This document shows, in pieces, positions 19,909 through 30,416 of a DNA stretch of 64,000 nt. The notes below the pieces were generated by a model, which saw only the letters and a program-made list of their open reading frames with translations, had not been told where the DNA came from and searched no databases. Location of the stretch: contig JAUQYZ020000230.1 of assembly GCA_030587475.2 (NCBI GenBank), positions 25,317 through 89,316 of the forward strand. Reading direction: 5' to 3'. Position 1 is the stretch's first letter, and the number at the start of each line of letters is the position of its first letter. This DNA comes from Candidatus Sigynarchaeum calidifontis. Lineage in GTDB: Archaea > Asgardarchaeota > Lokiarchaeia > Sigyniarchaeales > Sigyniarchaeaceae. The position numbers were made by a program, and so were the translations under genes.

Positions 19909-21039
19909 ATGATGAGCATCGAGCCCGGTTCGGTTTCTTTTGCCCCCGGCCGCATTTGTCTTTTTGGCGAGCATCAAGATTATCTTAAATTCCCCGTCAT
20001 CGCAGCATCTATCAATTTAGGTATCTTTATCAAGTTTTTAGGCTTTCACGAGCCCGATGATCAGAAGATCACGATCGAGATGCCTGACATGAGCGACACC
20101 CGCGTCGTGGATCTCGCCATACCCCTCGTATACCAAGGAAAGCGAGATTACATCGCTTCGTCCATCAACGTGCTCAGGAAGGGGGGAATCGTCATTGAGA
20201 AAGGGTTCAGCGTGCGCATCACGGGCACCTTGCCGATCAACGCGGGTGCATCGAGCTCGTCTGCTCTCATCGTCGCGTGGGTCAATTTACTGGCTACATT
20301 GTTCTCCAGCAAACCGGTCGACCCGATCAAGCGGGCACGATGGGCAAACCAGGCCGAGATCGTCGAGTTCGGCGAGGCCGGAGGTTTCATGGACCACGTC
20401 ACGAGCAGCGTGGGCGGGGTGCTGTACGTCCGCCACGATTTCACGATCGAGAGATTGCCGGTTCCCCCATCCATGCATGTCGTCCTCGCCGATTCGCTCC
20501 AGAAAAAGCAGACTGTCGACGATTTAAAGCGATTGCGCGCCAGCGTGGAGAGCCAAATTACCAGCGTCAAGAACTTGGTGCCCAATTTTGAGATCACGGC
20601 TCCGGAATTTTGCAACGATCAGTTCGTCGCGGCAAACACAGATGCCGGTCTTAATCTGAAGCACGATTTCCCGCTCGTCTATGCAAACCTTCAAAACGGC
20701 ATCATCACGAGGAAAGCATTCGACATCTTCATGTCGAAAAAACCATCGATTGATGCCATCGGTGCCCTGATCAACCAGCACTTCACGTACTTGCGCGATT
20801 ATTCCCGAGTTTCTACCGACAAGATCACGTCAATGGTGAAGGCTGCCATCGAAGCGGGCGCTGCCGGGGCGAAAATCAACGGCAGTGGCTTCGGCGGGAC
20901 GATGTTCGCGATATGCCGATCAAAGAAGGTGCAAGACAAGGTGGCAAGCGCCATCGCCGCCGCGGGTGGAAAGGTATACAAGGTTAATATCAGCGATGGC
21001 GCCAAGATCATCGGCGTAGATAAAGAGAAAACTGAATAA
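19909..21039 (+). CDS. Galactokinase-like GHMP sugar kinase
   Basis: APGRICLFGEHQDY, PINAGASSSSA, GFMD and GAKINGSGFGG. Confidence 0.88.
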   Translation: MMSIEPGSVSFAPGRICLFGEHQDYLKFPVIAASINLGIFIKFLGFHEPDDQKITIEMPDMSDTRVVDLAIPLVYQGKRDYIASSINVLRKGGIVIEKGFSVRITGTLPINAGASSSSALIVAWVNLLATLFSSKPVDPIKRARWANQAEIVEFGEAGGFMDHVTSSVGGVLYVRHDFTIERLPVPPSMHVVLADSLQKKQTVDDLKRLRASVESQITSVKNLVPNFEITAPEFCNDQFVAANTDAGLNLKHDFPLVYANLQNGIITRKAFDIFMSKKPSIDAIGALINQHFTYLRDYSRVSTDKITSMVKAAIEAGAAGAKINGSGFGGTMFAICRSKKVQDKVASAIAAAGGKVYKVNISDGAKIIGVDKEKTE

Positions 21040-21053
21040 TTTGTGGGAATGCA

Positions 21054-22040
21054 TCATCCTCCGATTTTCACGACGATCTTGACGAAGTCCCGCTTCGATG
21101 GATCCATGTATCGCTCGAAGGCTTCCTGGATGGCTTCCAGCTTGACAACGCCCGAGATGATGGCTGCGGGATTCACCCGCTTCGCCGCGACGAGAGCGAT
21201 CGCGTCCTCGATGTCCTGCCTGTCGTGAGATAGCGAGCCACGTATGGCGATCTCCTTTGAACTGAGCGTGAAAATTGGAAACGAGATCTTGCCTTTCTGG
21301 ACAGATTCAACAATGATCTCGCCGCCATGCTTTACTATGTCCATGGCCAGAATCACCCCGTCCTCGATCCCGGAACATTCAAACACGGCCTCCGGTTCCC
21401 CGTGTTCCTTGAAGAACCGGCGTGCCATGGCAGCGCTTGGCCGGATGACCTCGGTCGCGCCGAGTTCCCTTGCCTTGGCTTGCTGGAACGCCCCCGGCTC
21501 CATCACTAGAATGTAATTGCCGCGTCGCGGGAATCCTGCCGCTCGCAAGCACGACAGGGTGGTCAGCCCGATATTGCCGGCGCCCATGACGGCGATGTTG
21601 TTTTCGCTCTGCAATCGGGCCCATTTTAGTGCCCGGACGGCAACGGCAAATGATTCGATCATCGTGGCATCCCGGGGCATGATGGATGCGGGGATGTGGA
21701 ACAAGAAGTCCTTCGGAACCACGACATACTCGGCGAACCCTCCGTTCCTGAAGATGCCCAGGCCCCGCAATTCGTTGGACGTGTCAAGCTGCACGTTGAT
21801 ACCCGCGACACTGTCGCCCAGCTTGAATCCCGACCCCTCCATACCTGGCCCGAGTCGTGCCACCTCGCCAGCGAACTCGTGCCCCATGATGATGGGCGTC
21901 TGGTAAATCTTTGTCGTCCAGTTCTTCACGTCCGTGCCGCATATGGCGCAATAATGCACTTTCACGAGTACTTCGCCCGTATTTGGCTCGGGCGTCGGGT
22001 AATTGTCGTGGATCTTGATCGTGCGGATGTCCTCGAACAC
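21054..22040 (-). CDS. Zn-dependent medium-chain dehydrogenase (threonine/sorbitol DH-like)
   Basis: ICGTD, GHE and GAGNIG. Lacks the four-Cys structural zinc lobe. Confidence 0.88.
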   Translation of the reverse strand: MFEDIRTIKIHDNYPTPEPNTGEVLVKVHYCAICGTDVKNWTTKIYQTPIIMGHEFAGEVARLGPGMEGSGFKLGDSVAGINVQLDTSNELRGLGIFRNGGFAEYVVVPKDFLFHIPASIMPRDATMIESFAVAVRALKWARLQSENNIAVMGAGNIGLTTLSCLRAAGFPRRGNYILVMEPGAFQQAKARELGATEVIRPSAAMARRFFKEHGEPEAVFECSGIEDGVILAMDIVKHGGEIIVESVQKGKISFPIFTLSSKEIAIRGSLSHDRQDIEDAIALVAAKRVNPAAIISGVVKLEAIQEAFERYMDPSKRDFVKIVVKIGG

Positions 22041-22070
22041 CGCCGCTCGAATTTTGGTTCCTCCTCCCCT

Positions 22071-22550
22071 CTATGCCTTATCGTGATGGTGTTGGTCGTC
22101 ATGTCTATGCTCCTTCTCATCGCCCGCGTCGCCGCGCGGGAACACGTACAAAGGCACGAGCTCGCAAAATAAAATGCCCTTTATGGCCTTGACTTGCTCG
22201 ACGAATGACAAGACGCTCGTGACTTCACCCCGCAATGCGATTACTTCAGAACAGTTCTCCTCGGAAACATGGACATGCATGGTCGAGTAGATATGGATGC
22301 CGGCGTTGTGTTCGATCTCGGTGAGCTCATCGAGGAGGCCTCTCTGGTGATGGTTGAACGCGATGACGAGGAACCCGTCCTCGAATGTATCTGGCCGGAG
22401 CGTCGCCTCCTTCTTCAAGAACTCGCGCAAGGCATCCCGCACCACCTCGGACCGCTTGGCACCTTTTTCCTTGCAATACTTCTCCAGCTCCGCTAAGAAA
22501 TCCTTCGGGATCGTGATCGTGACGCGATCCATGTCCTTATCTGAGTACAT
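22071..22550 (-). CDS. nikR: Nickel-responsive transcriptional regulator NikR
   Basis: RHH domain (RVTITIP...RSEVVRDALR), EH...STMHVHV...CSEVI nickel site, His-rich tail. Confidence 0.92.
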   Translation of the reverse strand: MYSDKDMDRVTITIPKDFLAELEKYCKEKGAKRSEVVRDALREFLKKEATLRPDTFEDGFLVIAFNHHQRGLLDELTEIEHNAGIHIYSTMHVHVSEENCSEVIALRGEVTSVLSFVEQVKAIKGILFCELVPLYVFPRGDAGDEKEHRHDDQHHHDKA

Positions 22551-22992
22551 CGGAATGACCTCGGATGACGGTCATTTCTTCCCGTGGTAACATATATAAT
22601 TGCACGGCGGTTGGATCACGGATATCACGGGATCGCAGCTCCGGGAAAAACGGACGACGGGGACGCCGGTGCCCTTCGACGTCCCCGCGTCTCTCAAGGT
22701 AGCCAAATGCCTTGCCTAAAGCTGGTGCCGTGAGGTGTCTTGTCGAGCCTTTTAGGTGAAATGTAAACGTTCCAAGGCCATGCTAACATTCAAGCAAGAT
22801 CTATTTAACAATTTCAGTCATTGGCTTCATGTGTCAAGTTAACCGGGGATTCTGCGAAATACTCGACTTTGTAGAGAGATCTTAAGGCATCCGACAAAAA
22901 TGAAGTTCAACCAATTTAACCGCGAAATCGTTCTCCACGGGTTATTTTTTCTGCTTCCCGTTGCGAATCGTTGTCATCGCAATGGCATTAAA

Positions 22993-23020
22993 GTAATACT
23001 TTATTCCAAAGAAGTATGAG
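22993..23020. promoter_or_regulatory. Candidate NikR operator 1
   Basis: GTAATA-N16-TATGAG overlapping the ATG at 23016. Confidence 0.55.
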
Positions 23021-23645
23021 CAACGACTTCGCAAGCAAAAGCACCTTGTATGTTAACGGTGAAATCGATACATCGATCATTTCTGAAAATGACCAAAATA
23101 CCAATCGAAAATCCAAGGATATCGCCTTGATCGCGATCTTCTCTGCAATCCTTGGCATATTAGCAATTTTTGCATGGATCGTGCCGTTCAGGCACATCAC
23201 GATGGAATTTCTCATCAACGTGGTCGTTATCTTGTTATTAAAGATTGCCCGACGAAAGGGCACCTTGTTTTTCACCGGCCTGATCACGGGATTCATCGAT
23301 TTTTTCGCGGGATTGTCTGGCCCTGGCGGGTTTCTCGCCCCGATTGTCTACGGCTTTAAACTGGGCTTTTTAGAATCGGCAAATCACTATTATAAAAAAC
23401 CGCGCCATAGGAACGCGATGCTCATCGTGGTGAATTCAATTGGATATTTTCTCACGGGAACTTTGATCTGGATAATGTACACGGCACTATTCATTCCTCT
23501 TGGGACCGAGTCCACGCAAAAGATGTGGTTCGTGTTGACCCTCGCGGGTGCGTTGATTTGCATCCCCGCTACCGTCTTCGCCATAAATATATATGATAGG
23601 TGGTTCAAGCCGCACGCTCGGATCCTCATGCAAACGAAAACGTGA
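23016..23645 (+). CDS. Membrane protein, ECF S-component-like
   Basis: About six TMs; DIALIAIFSA and RKGTLFFTGLITG resemble ECF substrate-binding components. Confidence 0.6.
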   Translation: MSNDFASKSTLYVNGEIDTSIISENDQNTNRKSKDIALIAIFSAILGILAIFAWIVPFRHITMEFLINVVVILLLKIARRKGTLFFTGLITGFIDFFAGLSGPGGFLAPIVYGFKLGFLESANHYYKKPRHRNAMLIVVNSIGYFLTGTLIWIMYTALFIPLGTESTQKMWFVLTLAGALICIPATVFAINIYDRWFKPHARILMQTKT

Positions 23646-23662
23646 AGTGGTCCACGAAGGGA

Positions 23663-23690
23663 ATAACACTTTTTTTATTCTGGATATGAC
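23663..23690. promoter_or_regulatory. Candidate NikR operator 2
   Basis: ATAACA-N16-TATGAC directly adjacent to a TTTAAA TATA-like box upstream of the chelatase operon. Confidence 0.55.
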
Positions 23691-23744
23691 TTTAAAGGTT
23701 GATTTACTAACTGGCCGTGAACGAAGATCATCGAGACGACACGC

Positions 23745-25754
23745 GTGACGCACTATAAAACCTTCCCGTTCAGCGCCATCGTTGGGCAAAACGACATGAA
23801 GCTCGCGCTTATCTTGAATGCTATCAACCCGAAGATCGGCGGGGTTTTAATAAAGGGTACCAAGGGTACTGCAAAATCTACGGCGGTACGAGCACTTGCC
23901 GACTTGCTACCCGAGATCCGGGTCATCAAAGACTGCCCGTTCAATTGCAATCCTGAAAGCATCAAGGAATCTTGTCATACCTGCCAACACAAGCTAGAAG
24001 CTGGGGAAATAACTGAAAAGGATATAGAAACGAGAAAGATGCGCGTTATTAACCTCCCCATCAATGCGACAGAGGATCGCGTCGTTGGTACCATAAACAT
24101 CAAGGAAGCATTGTCGACAGGACTCAAAGCGCTTGATCCAGGAATCCTTGCTGATGCGAACCGGAATATTCTATATATCGACGAGGTTAACTTGCTTTCG
24201 GATAACGTGGCCGATATATTGCTCGATTCCGCTGCGATGGGTATCAACATCATAGAACGGGAAGGGATATCTCTCCATCATCCGTCAAACTTCATCTTGA
24301 TAGGGACCATGAATCCCGAGGAGGGAAACTTGCGCCCGCAATTGCTCGACAGGTTCGGACTCGGTGTAGAAGCGGAGATTATAACTAATATCCCAGACCG
24401 GGTCGAGATCGTGCGTCGTTCCGAGGAATACCATGCGGATCCCTCCACCTTCTACGAAAAATACGATGCAAAACAGAACGCCCTTCGCAAGCAGATCGTT
24501 GATGCACGTGCTTTATTACCCGAAGTACGCATTCCAGACGAGCTTCTAGAAAAAATTGCATCGGTTTGCGTGGCATTCGAGGTCGACGGACACCGGGCCG
24601 ACATAACGATAAATGCAGCGGCGAAAACGCTAGCCGCTTTCAACGGGCGACGCGAGGTCTCGATCGAGGACGTGAAACATGCCACGCGGCTAGCATTGAT
24701 GCACAGATTACGTCGCCTTCCATTCGAGGATAAGAAGCTAGACGTCCATAAAATCGACGAGTTACTGGATAAACCCGAGCATTCTGGGGGGCCAGACCCG
24801 TCGGACGAGGGAAATCCCAAAATCGATAAAAGCGATAAAGAAGCGGGAAAACGCCAGGTCGTTAACCAGCGGGAAACGACCTTCAACATCGGCGTTGGCA
24901 TGAATGCAGATAAGGTGATCCATTTGCATAAAACCCGTGAATTGATGAATGCATCGGGGCGCATCGTCCCGCACCCGACGAACGACAAGCGTGGTGCCCA
25001 GTCCGGGATCGAGAAGCCTCGACGTAGCATCAACATGCCAACATCGAGCGATGTCGCTATCTTGCCCACGATCAACGAGGCCGTGTTGGATCCAGAGAAC
25101 CAGGCGTCTGTAAAAGCTGGCGGTTCCATTAATGTTGGCGAGAACCACATTCACGTGAAGAAAAGATCGGGAAAATCGAGCTATGCCATTATTTTTTGCG
25201 TCGACGCGTCGGGATCCATGGGCGCGGAGAACCGGATGGAAGCTGTTAAGGGTGCGATCTTCACCATTCTCCAAGGAAGTTACGTCCGGCGGGATAAGGT
25301 TTCCCTCGTCGTGTTCCGGCAAGACAAGGCCGAAGTCGTATTGCCACCGACCCGGAGCATCGATCTCGCGTTCAAAGTTTTGAAGGAAATTCCAACGGGC
25401 GGTACGACCCCCTTGGCTGCGGGTTTGCTCAAGGCAATCGATGTCGCAGCCGAGGAGAAACGCAAAGCTACCGGCTATATCCCCTTGATCATTATCATCA
25501 CCGATGCCCGGGCGAACGTGTATGTTCACGACGCAATTGATGATGCTAAAAAAGTCGCGAAATACATTGCGGAGCAAGGCGTGGAGACAATCGTGATCGA
25601 CACGGAATCACCAAGCTTGAAACTTGGTCTTGCGAGAGAAATCGCCGATGCAGCGAATGCCACGTATTATCCCATAGACCAGTTTGGAAAAGACGAGATC
25701 CGGAACGTGCTCCACGCGGAAGGCTTGCTCGAACCGATGACAAGCGAATCCTAA
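23745..25754 (+). CDS. Class I chelatase AAA+ subunit with vWA domain (ChlI/ChlD-type)
   Basis: FPFSAIVGQ, Walker [44 protein letters not shown] and GGTTPL. Confidence 0.93.
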   Translation: MTHYKTFPFSAIVGQNDMKLALILNAINPKIGGVLIKGTKGTAKSTAVRALADLLPEIRVIKDCPFNCNPESIKESCHTCQHKLEAGEITEKDIETRKMRVINLPINATEDRVVGTINIKEALSTGLKALDPGILADANRNILYIDEVNLLSDNVADILLDSAAMGINIIEREGISLHHPSNFILIGTMNPEEGNLRPQLLDRFGLGVEAEIITNIPDRVEIVRRSEEYHADPSTFYEKYDAKQNALRKQIVDARALLPEVRIPDELLEKIASVCVAFEVDGHRADITINAAAKTLAAFNGRREVSIEDVKHATRLALMHRLRRLPFEDKKLDVHKIDELLDKPEHSGGPDPSDEGNPKIDKSDKEAGKRQVVNQRETTFNIGVGMNADKVIHLHKTRELMNASGRIVPHPTNDKRGAQSGIEKPRRSINMPTSSDVAILPTINEAVLDPENQASVKAGGSINVGENHIHVKKRSGKSSYAIIFCVDASGSMGAENRMEAVKGAIFTILQGSYVRRDKVSLVVFRQDKAEVVLPPTRSIDLAFKVLKEIPTGGTTPLAAGLLKAIDVAAEEKRKATGYIPLIIIITDARANVYVHDAIDDAKKVAKYIAEQGVETIVIDTESPSLKLGLAREIADAANATYYPIDQFGKDEIRNVLHAEGLLEPMTSES

Positions 25755-25770
25755 TTGTTCGTGATTTTTC

Positions 25771-28700
25771 ATGCCTTCCAATCTCCGAGTGAACAAGAAA
25801 CCATCCGTCGTCATAGTTTCCTCGATGGTATGCACCCGGAACTTGATCGACGCAGCTGCCACCGTTCGAGAGCAGCTGGGAAGCGTGTTTGATATTTCCG
25901 TTTTTTTCGTGAACGATGTCGAAACAGGAGTCGTTTCTAAATCAACATTCGTTACTGCCATTCATGATGCCAATGTCTTGATGATCGACATTCGCGGGAA
26001 CAATCTCGCCGCGGAACTCATCGTTGAAACCTATGAGGCAATGGAACGCGATGAACCAGCTTTGTTCAAGGAAAAAAGCATCGTTTCGCTTGTCGGGGGC
26101 AATGAGGAAATCAGGCGCTTGACCAAGCTCGGGCCTTTTATGGCCCGATCTATCCCATCGAAAAAGAAAAGCGAGTTGGGGATGGACGGTATTCCAGATC
26201 TTTCGGATCTCGTCAAGAAAGGCATACGGATCGGGCAAATGATGAAGTCCGCGGGAAAATACTTGCCGGTCGGTTCGCTCAAGCACGCGCGCAACTGGAT
26301 GCTGCTCATGGATTATTGGGCTTATGGCCACGCGGGCGTTCGCCAGAACCTCGAGAACATGTTCAAGCTGGTCCTCCGAGACTATCTTGGCCACGAATAC
26401 CTCGAGGTGCCCGAGCCTCAGAAATTCCCTCCTATCGGTATATACGACCCTCGTGACAATCGATATTATGCATCCACCGAGGAGTACCATCGCGCCCACG
26501 TTCCCGACCCCACCAAGCAGACCGTCGGTTTCTTCTTTTATGGGGGTATTTATTTCGAACAGACGCTGCCCGTGCTGGAATCATTCATGGAAAAGCTATC
26601 AGATTACAATCTTATTCCCGTATTTTCGGAATCTTTGGAAAATATCCACGCGCACGAGAAGTTTTTCTTTAAAGATGGCGTGCCGATCGTCAACGCTGTC
26701 ATCAACCTTCAATATTTCCAGATAAATGGTGGTCCATTCGGAGGTGACAATGCGCGCACGCTTGCATTGTATCGGCGGGAAAACGTTCCACAATTTAATC
26801 CGGTAATTTTATTTGACTCGAAAAGAGAAGAATACGAAGCCTCCACGAAGGGTACTATCCCGATCAACCAGGTCATCGCTGTAGTGATGCCCGAGCTCGA
26901 CGGCCGGATCGAGATGCTCGCGGCCGGAACAATGCAAGACAAGGGGATTCCTGATGGAGAACAGCTTCCCGTTTTGGAAGTCGGTCCTATCGAGGAAAAC
27001 ATCACCATCATCGCGAAGCGGGTCAGAAAATGGCTTGACCTCCGTGCAAAGTCAAATAGTGAAAAGAAAATTGCCATAATCCTCTATGATTATCCTCCTG
27101 GTGAAGCAAAGCTCGCGAGTGCTAGTTATTTGGATGTTCCAAGTTCCATCAAACGATTGCTAGCTTTGCTCGCACGCGAGGGATTTATTACTTTCCCCTT
27201 GCCTGATGGAAAGGAAATTCAAGACATTCTTATGGAATCAGGAGCCATCAACTCCCCGAAGCACGTAGACGTGAAGGATTACAAGGGCATTTCCATCGAT
27301 GCCCAACAATATAGCGAGCTCCTTGCATCGTTACCAAGCGAGACCCGCCAACGTGTCATCGACGCATGGGGCCCTCCTCCTGGTTCCATCATGGTCAAGG
27401 ATGGCCGCATTCGTCTTCCCATCTTGCAATTTGGTAATGTCTATATTTGCTTGCAACCAGCCCGCAGCGAGGTGACTGGGGATCCGGTCGAATATCATGA
27501 CAAAGATAAACCTCCCCATCACCAGTATGTCGCGTTGTATCGATATTTGGATGAGGTCGTCGATGTCGACGCCATCATCCATTTCGGTACCCATGGAACT
27601 CTTGAATTCTTGCCCGGGAAGGAATGCCTCGGCAACGTGAGGGATGATAACATTGCACTGCTCGGGCGGATCCCGAACATCTACATCTATCACGTGGGTA
27701 ACACGAGCGAGTCAGCCATCGCGAAGCGACGTTCGAACGCGGTCATCATCAACCACGCTGGTCCAGCGTTCGAATCCTATAACTTGAATCCAGACTTGCT
27801 CCAACTAGAAGACCTGGTGAACGAATGGCAAGACGCGCGCTCATCGAACGGAAAACAAGATGAAGGATTGCTCGATAACATCCGAGAGATCGCTCGAAGA
27901 ATAGGCATCGAATACTCATCGATGGCGGAACTGGAGGCGTTGATCCCCCGGTACAAGCTCGCGGCAGTTCCGATCGGCCTCCACGTGCTCGGGGAAACGT
28001 TCACGGTCGGAGAACGTAAAAAATTAATCACGCGTGCACTTCTAGACTCGGTCGAAGCCCCAACCGCGATAGACGCCGTGATCAACAGGTTTGGTAAGAA
28101 TGAGCATGCCGTGTTGCACGAGATCGAGCCCGTGGTCGAATCGATCATCACCAACAACATGGCTCCACCAGGTAGCAAAGGATATACAGAGATGGCGAAA
28201 AAACTGGGAATTGGGGAAAAGGATCTGGAGCAACTAGCAAGATGGGTCGCAGATCTGTCGGCACGCATGGAAGATTCCTACGAGGAACGTAATATCATCC
28301 GGGCCCTAGAAGGCGGGTATATCGAACCTGGATTCGGTGGAGACCCCATCCGTACCCCCTCGATATTCCCGACGGGGCGAAACTCGTTTGGTTTTGATCC
28401 ACGCTTGATCCCGAGTTCCATCGCTTTTAAGCGCGGCGAGGAAATCGCCAATCGCCTTCTACAGCAGTATAAAGATGAGCATGGCACGTGGCCAGAGACG
28501 ACAAGCGTTGTCCTCTGGGGTTTCGAGACCATGAAAACTGGTGGTGAAACCGTCGGGCAGATATTTAGTTATATGGGCGTTAAACCCGTCAAGAAGAAGT
28601 CAGTATGGACGACCGAGCTCGAAATCATCCCGCTCGCCGAGCTTGGTCACCCGAGAATCAACGTGGTCGTGACAATCTGTGGTATTTTCCGAGATACGTT

Positions 28701-29547
28701 CCCGTATATCCTTGATCTGATAAACCGGGCCATCGAGCTGGTCTCGAACCTGGACGAACCTGTCGACCAAAACTACGTGAAAAAAGCCACGCTTGATCTC
28801 GAAGCCCGGCACGTGCAACATCCGATTGCACGCATCTTTGGTCCATCGCCAAGTAGGTACAACACGAACATCACGGAGATCATCAATGCCGGCGCCTGGA
28901 AAGAGGAAGGAGAACTAGCGACCAATTACATCGAAACGATGGGATTCGCCTACTTGAAAAATCAAGAGGTCGAGGCCGCAAAGGACGCGTTCGCAGCCCA
29001 GGTGACCCGCATCGAGCTGTTATCACAAGTTCGCGATAGCAACGAATTCCACGTGACCGACTTGGATCATTATTACGAGTTCACCGGTGGCTTGGCACGG
29101 GCCCGCGAGCATCTCGCGGGCTCTAGGGCAAGCGTCTTTATCGCAGACACGTCACGGAAGCGGATCACCGTCGAAACCATTGACAAGAGCATTAACGAAG
29201 GTGCGGTGACCAGGACACTCAATCCCACGTGGATCCACGGGATGCTCAAGCACAAGCACAGCGGCGGGCAGAAGATTGCTGAACGCGTCGAGAATTTTCT
29301 TGGTATGGCTGCCACGACCCATGAGGTTAGCGAATGGATCTGGGACAAGACATACGCGCAGTACATCGAGAACGAGGAGATACGAGCCGCGTTGATCGAG
29401 AACAACCGGTTCGCCATGATGGACGTCGTGAAGACCATACTGCAAGCCAGCCAGCGAGGTTACTGGAACGCGAGCGACGAGCAGATCGACACGTTGAAGA
29501 AATTATATCTGGAAATGGAGAGTTGGCTTGAAATCACGTATCAATAG
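25771..29547 (+). CDS. Class I chelatase large subunit (ChlH/BchH/CobN family)
   Basis: MPELDG, YPPG, PPHHQY, HFGTHGTLEFLPGK, AKRR, GLHVLG, PTGRN, DHYYEFTGG and LNPTWIHGM. Confidence 0.93.
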   Translation: MPSNLRVNKKPSVVIVSSMVCTRNLIDAAATVREQLGSVFDISVFFVNDVETGVVSKSTFVTAIHDANVLMIDIRGNNLAAELIVETYEAMERDEPALFKEKSIVSLVGGNEEIRRLTKLGPFMARSIPSKKKSELGMDGIPDLSDLVKKGIRIGQMMKSAGKYLPVGSLKHARNWMLLMDYWAYGHAGVRQNLENMFKLVLRDYLGHEYLEVPEPQKFPPIGIYDPRDNRYYASTEEYHRAHVPDPTKQTVGFFFYGGIYFEQTLPVLESFMEKLSDYNLIPVFSESLENIHAHEKFFFKDGVPIVNAVINLQYFQINGGPFGGDNARTLALYRRENVPQFNPVILFDSKREEYEASTKGTIPINQVIAVVMPELDGRIEMLAAGTMQDKGIPDGEQLPVLEVGPIEENITIIAKRVRKWLDLRAKSNSEKKIAIILYDYPPGEAKLASASYLDVPSSIKRLLALLAREGFITFPLPDGKEIQDILMESGAINSPKHVDVKDYKGISIDAQQYSELLASLPSETRQRVIDAWGPPPGSIMVKDGRIRLPILQFGNVYICLQPARSEVTGDPVEYHDKDKPPHHQYVALYRYLDEVVDVDAIIHFGTHGTLEFLPGKECLGNVRDDNIALLGRIPNIYIYHVGNTSESAIAKRRSNAVIINHAGPAFESYNLNPDLLQLEDLVNEWQDARSSNGKQDEGLLDNIREIARRIGIEYSSMAELEALIPRYKLAAVPIGLHVLGETFTVGERKKLITRALLDSVEAPTAIDAVINRFGKNEHAVLHEIEPVVESIITNNMAPPGSKGYTEMAKKLGIGEKDLEQLARWVADLSARMEDSYEERNIIRALEGGYIEPGFGGDPIRTPSIFPTGRNSFGFDPRLIPSSIAFKRGEEIANRLLQQYKDEHGTWPETTSVVLWGFETMKTGGETVGQIFSYMGVKPVKKKSVWTTELEIIPLAELGHPRINVVVTICGIFRDTFPYILDLINRAIELVSNLDEPVDQNYVKKATLDLEARHVQHPIARIFGPSPSRYNTNITEIINAGAWKEEGELATNYIETMGFAYLKNQEVEAAKDAFAAQVTRIELLSQVRDSNEFHVTDLDHYYEFTGGLARAREHLAGSRASVFIADTSRKRITVETIDKSINEGAVTRTLNPTWIHGMLKHKHSGGQKIAERVENFLGMAATTHEVSEWIWDKTYAQYIENEEIRAALIENNRFAMMDVVKTILQASQRGYWNASDEQIDTLKKLYLEMESWLEITYQ

Positions 29548-29688
29548 TATACTTGTACGATTGTGCGATTTTTTCCACGAACATCCGAGCTATTTCTTTA
29601 ATTCGATAATCATGGCCAAACGGCTTGATGATAAAGAAGAAAAATTGAAAAAATAGACACTCAACCCGGTTTCCATCGATATAGCAAA

Positions 29689-30057
29689 TTATCCGATGAT
29701 GACTTGGGCTTTTTTTGCCTTACTTGGAATCTTGACCAACATCGCCGACACGATGACGATTATTGCCCAGACACCAACGATAGCAAATAGCATCGATGTT
29801 CCGAGCGTTGCCATCTCATAGAACATGACCGCGGCATCCGCTGGATCATTCATTGCAGTCAAGAACGGAAAGAAGGGAACAATTTCTTGGTGGGCAACAT
29901 GTTCTAGCGCAAGCATGATGACCCCGCCCCAGAGTAACAGGCTGAGAACCCCCAACTTGTATTTATCTATCACTGATTGTTTTCCCACGCGTCGGAGGGT
30001 AATATCGATAGGTATCAAGACGATGGCTAATGCCATCGGAACAAGAAAGCAGGCCAT
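29689..30057 (-). CDS. Small membrane protein (MACFLVP N-terminus), candidate metal-uptake component
   Basis: Three TMs; YKL..L..LLWGG..ML..EH motif shared with the upstream gene. Confidence 0.8.
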   Translation of the reverse strand: MACFLVPMALAIVLIPIDITLRRVGKQSVIDKYKLGVLSLLLWGGVIMLALEHVAHQEIVPFFPFLTAMNDPADAAVMFYEMATLGTSMLFAIVGVWAIIVIVSAMLVKIPSKAKKAQVIIG

Positions 30058-30063
30058 AGTTGT

Positions 30064-30372
30064 TCAGCTCCGTACATGTTGCATTTTTACTTTGGATACG
30101 AGGACTGCCAATTCCCAAATTGCAAAAACGGGGATGAGCATCGAGATACCGAGGATAAATCCATCCGCAATCAGACCATCTGTCGTGAATTCAATAAACG
30201 GGCTGGCGAAATCATATCCCCAAATATGATCGACAAGTATCATCACTGATGCACCCCATAGCATAACCGCTAACCAATCGAGCTTATACGTCTTCGGATT
30301 TGGTAAAGCAAGGTACACGGCTGTGACTGCCAAGGCAGCAATCAAGGTCGTTATGAGCCACACGTTTTTCAT
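30064..30372 (-). CDS. Small membrane protein, paralog of the downstream gene
   Basis: Three TMs; YKL..L..MLWGA..M..VDH motif; 6-bp gap to the next gene. Confidence 0.8.
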   Translation of the reverse strand: MKNVWLITTLIAALAVTAVYLALPNPKTYKLDWLAVMLWGASVMILVDHIWGYDFASPFIEFTTDGLIADGFILGISMLIPVFAIWELAVLVSKVKMQHVRS

Positions 30373-30384
30373 CTCGGAGAAGGG

Positions 30385-30416
30385 GAGTATTACGTCCCGT
30401 GAAAATCGTAATACTC
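30385..30416. promoter_or_regulatory. Candidate NikR operator 3 (perfect palindrome)
   Basis: GAGTATTACG-N12-CGTAATACTC, equivalent to GTATTA-N16-TAATAC. Lies between a TATA-like box (about 30441-30453) and the ATG at 30372. Confidence 0.8.

Noticed and set aside
22551-22990. Cobalamin or NiCo riboswitch, or an autoregulatory NikR box, in the nikR intergenic region
   Set aside because: Only one GC hairpin (about 22653-22691) is present. There is no B12 box and no N16-spaced half-site pair near the nikR promoter.
23745-29547. Chelatase as evidence of photosynthesis
   Set aside because: No other bch/chl genes are present, and such chelatases occur in non-phototrophic archaea.
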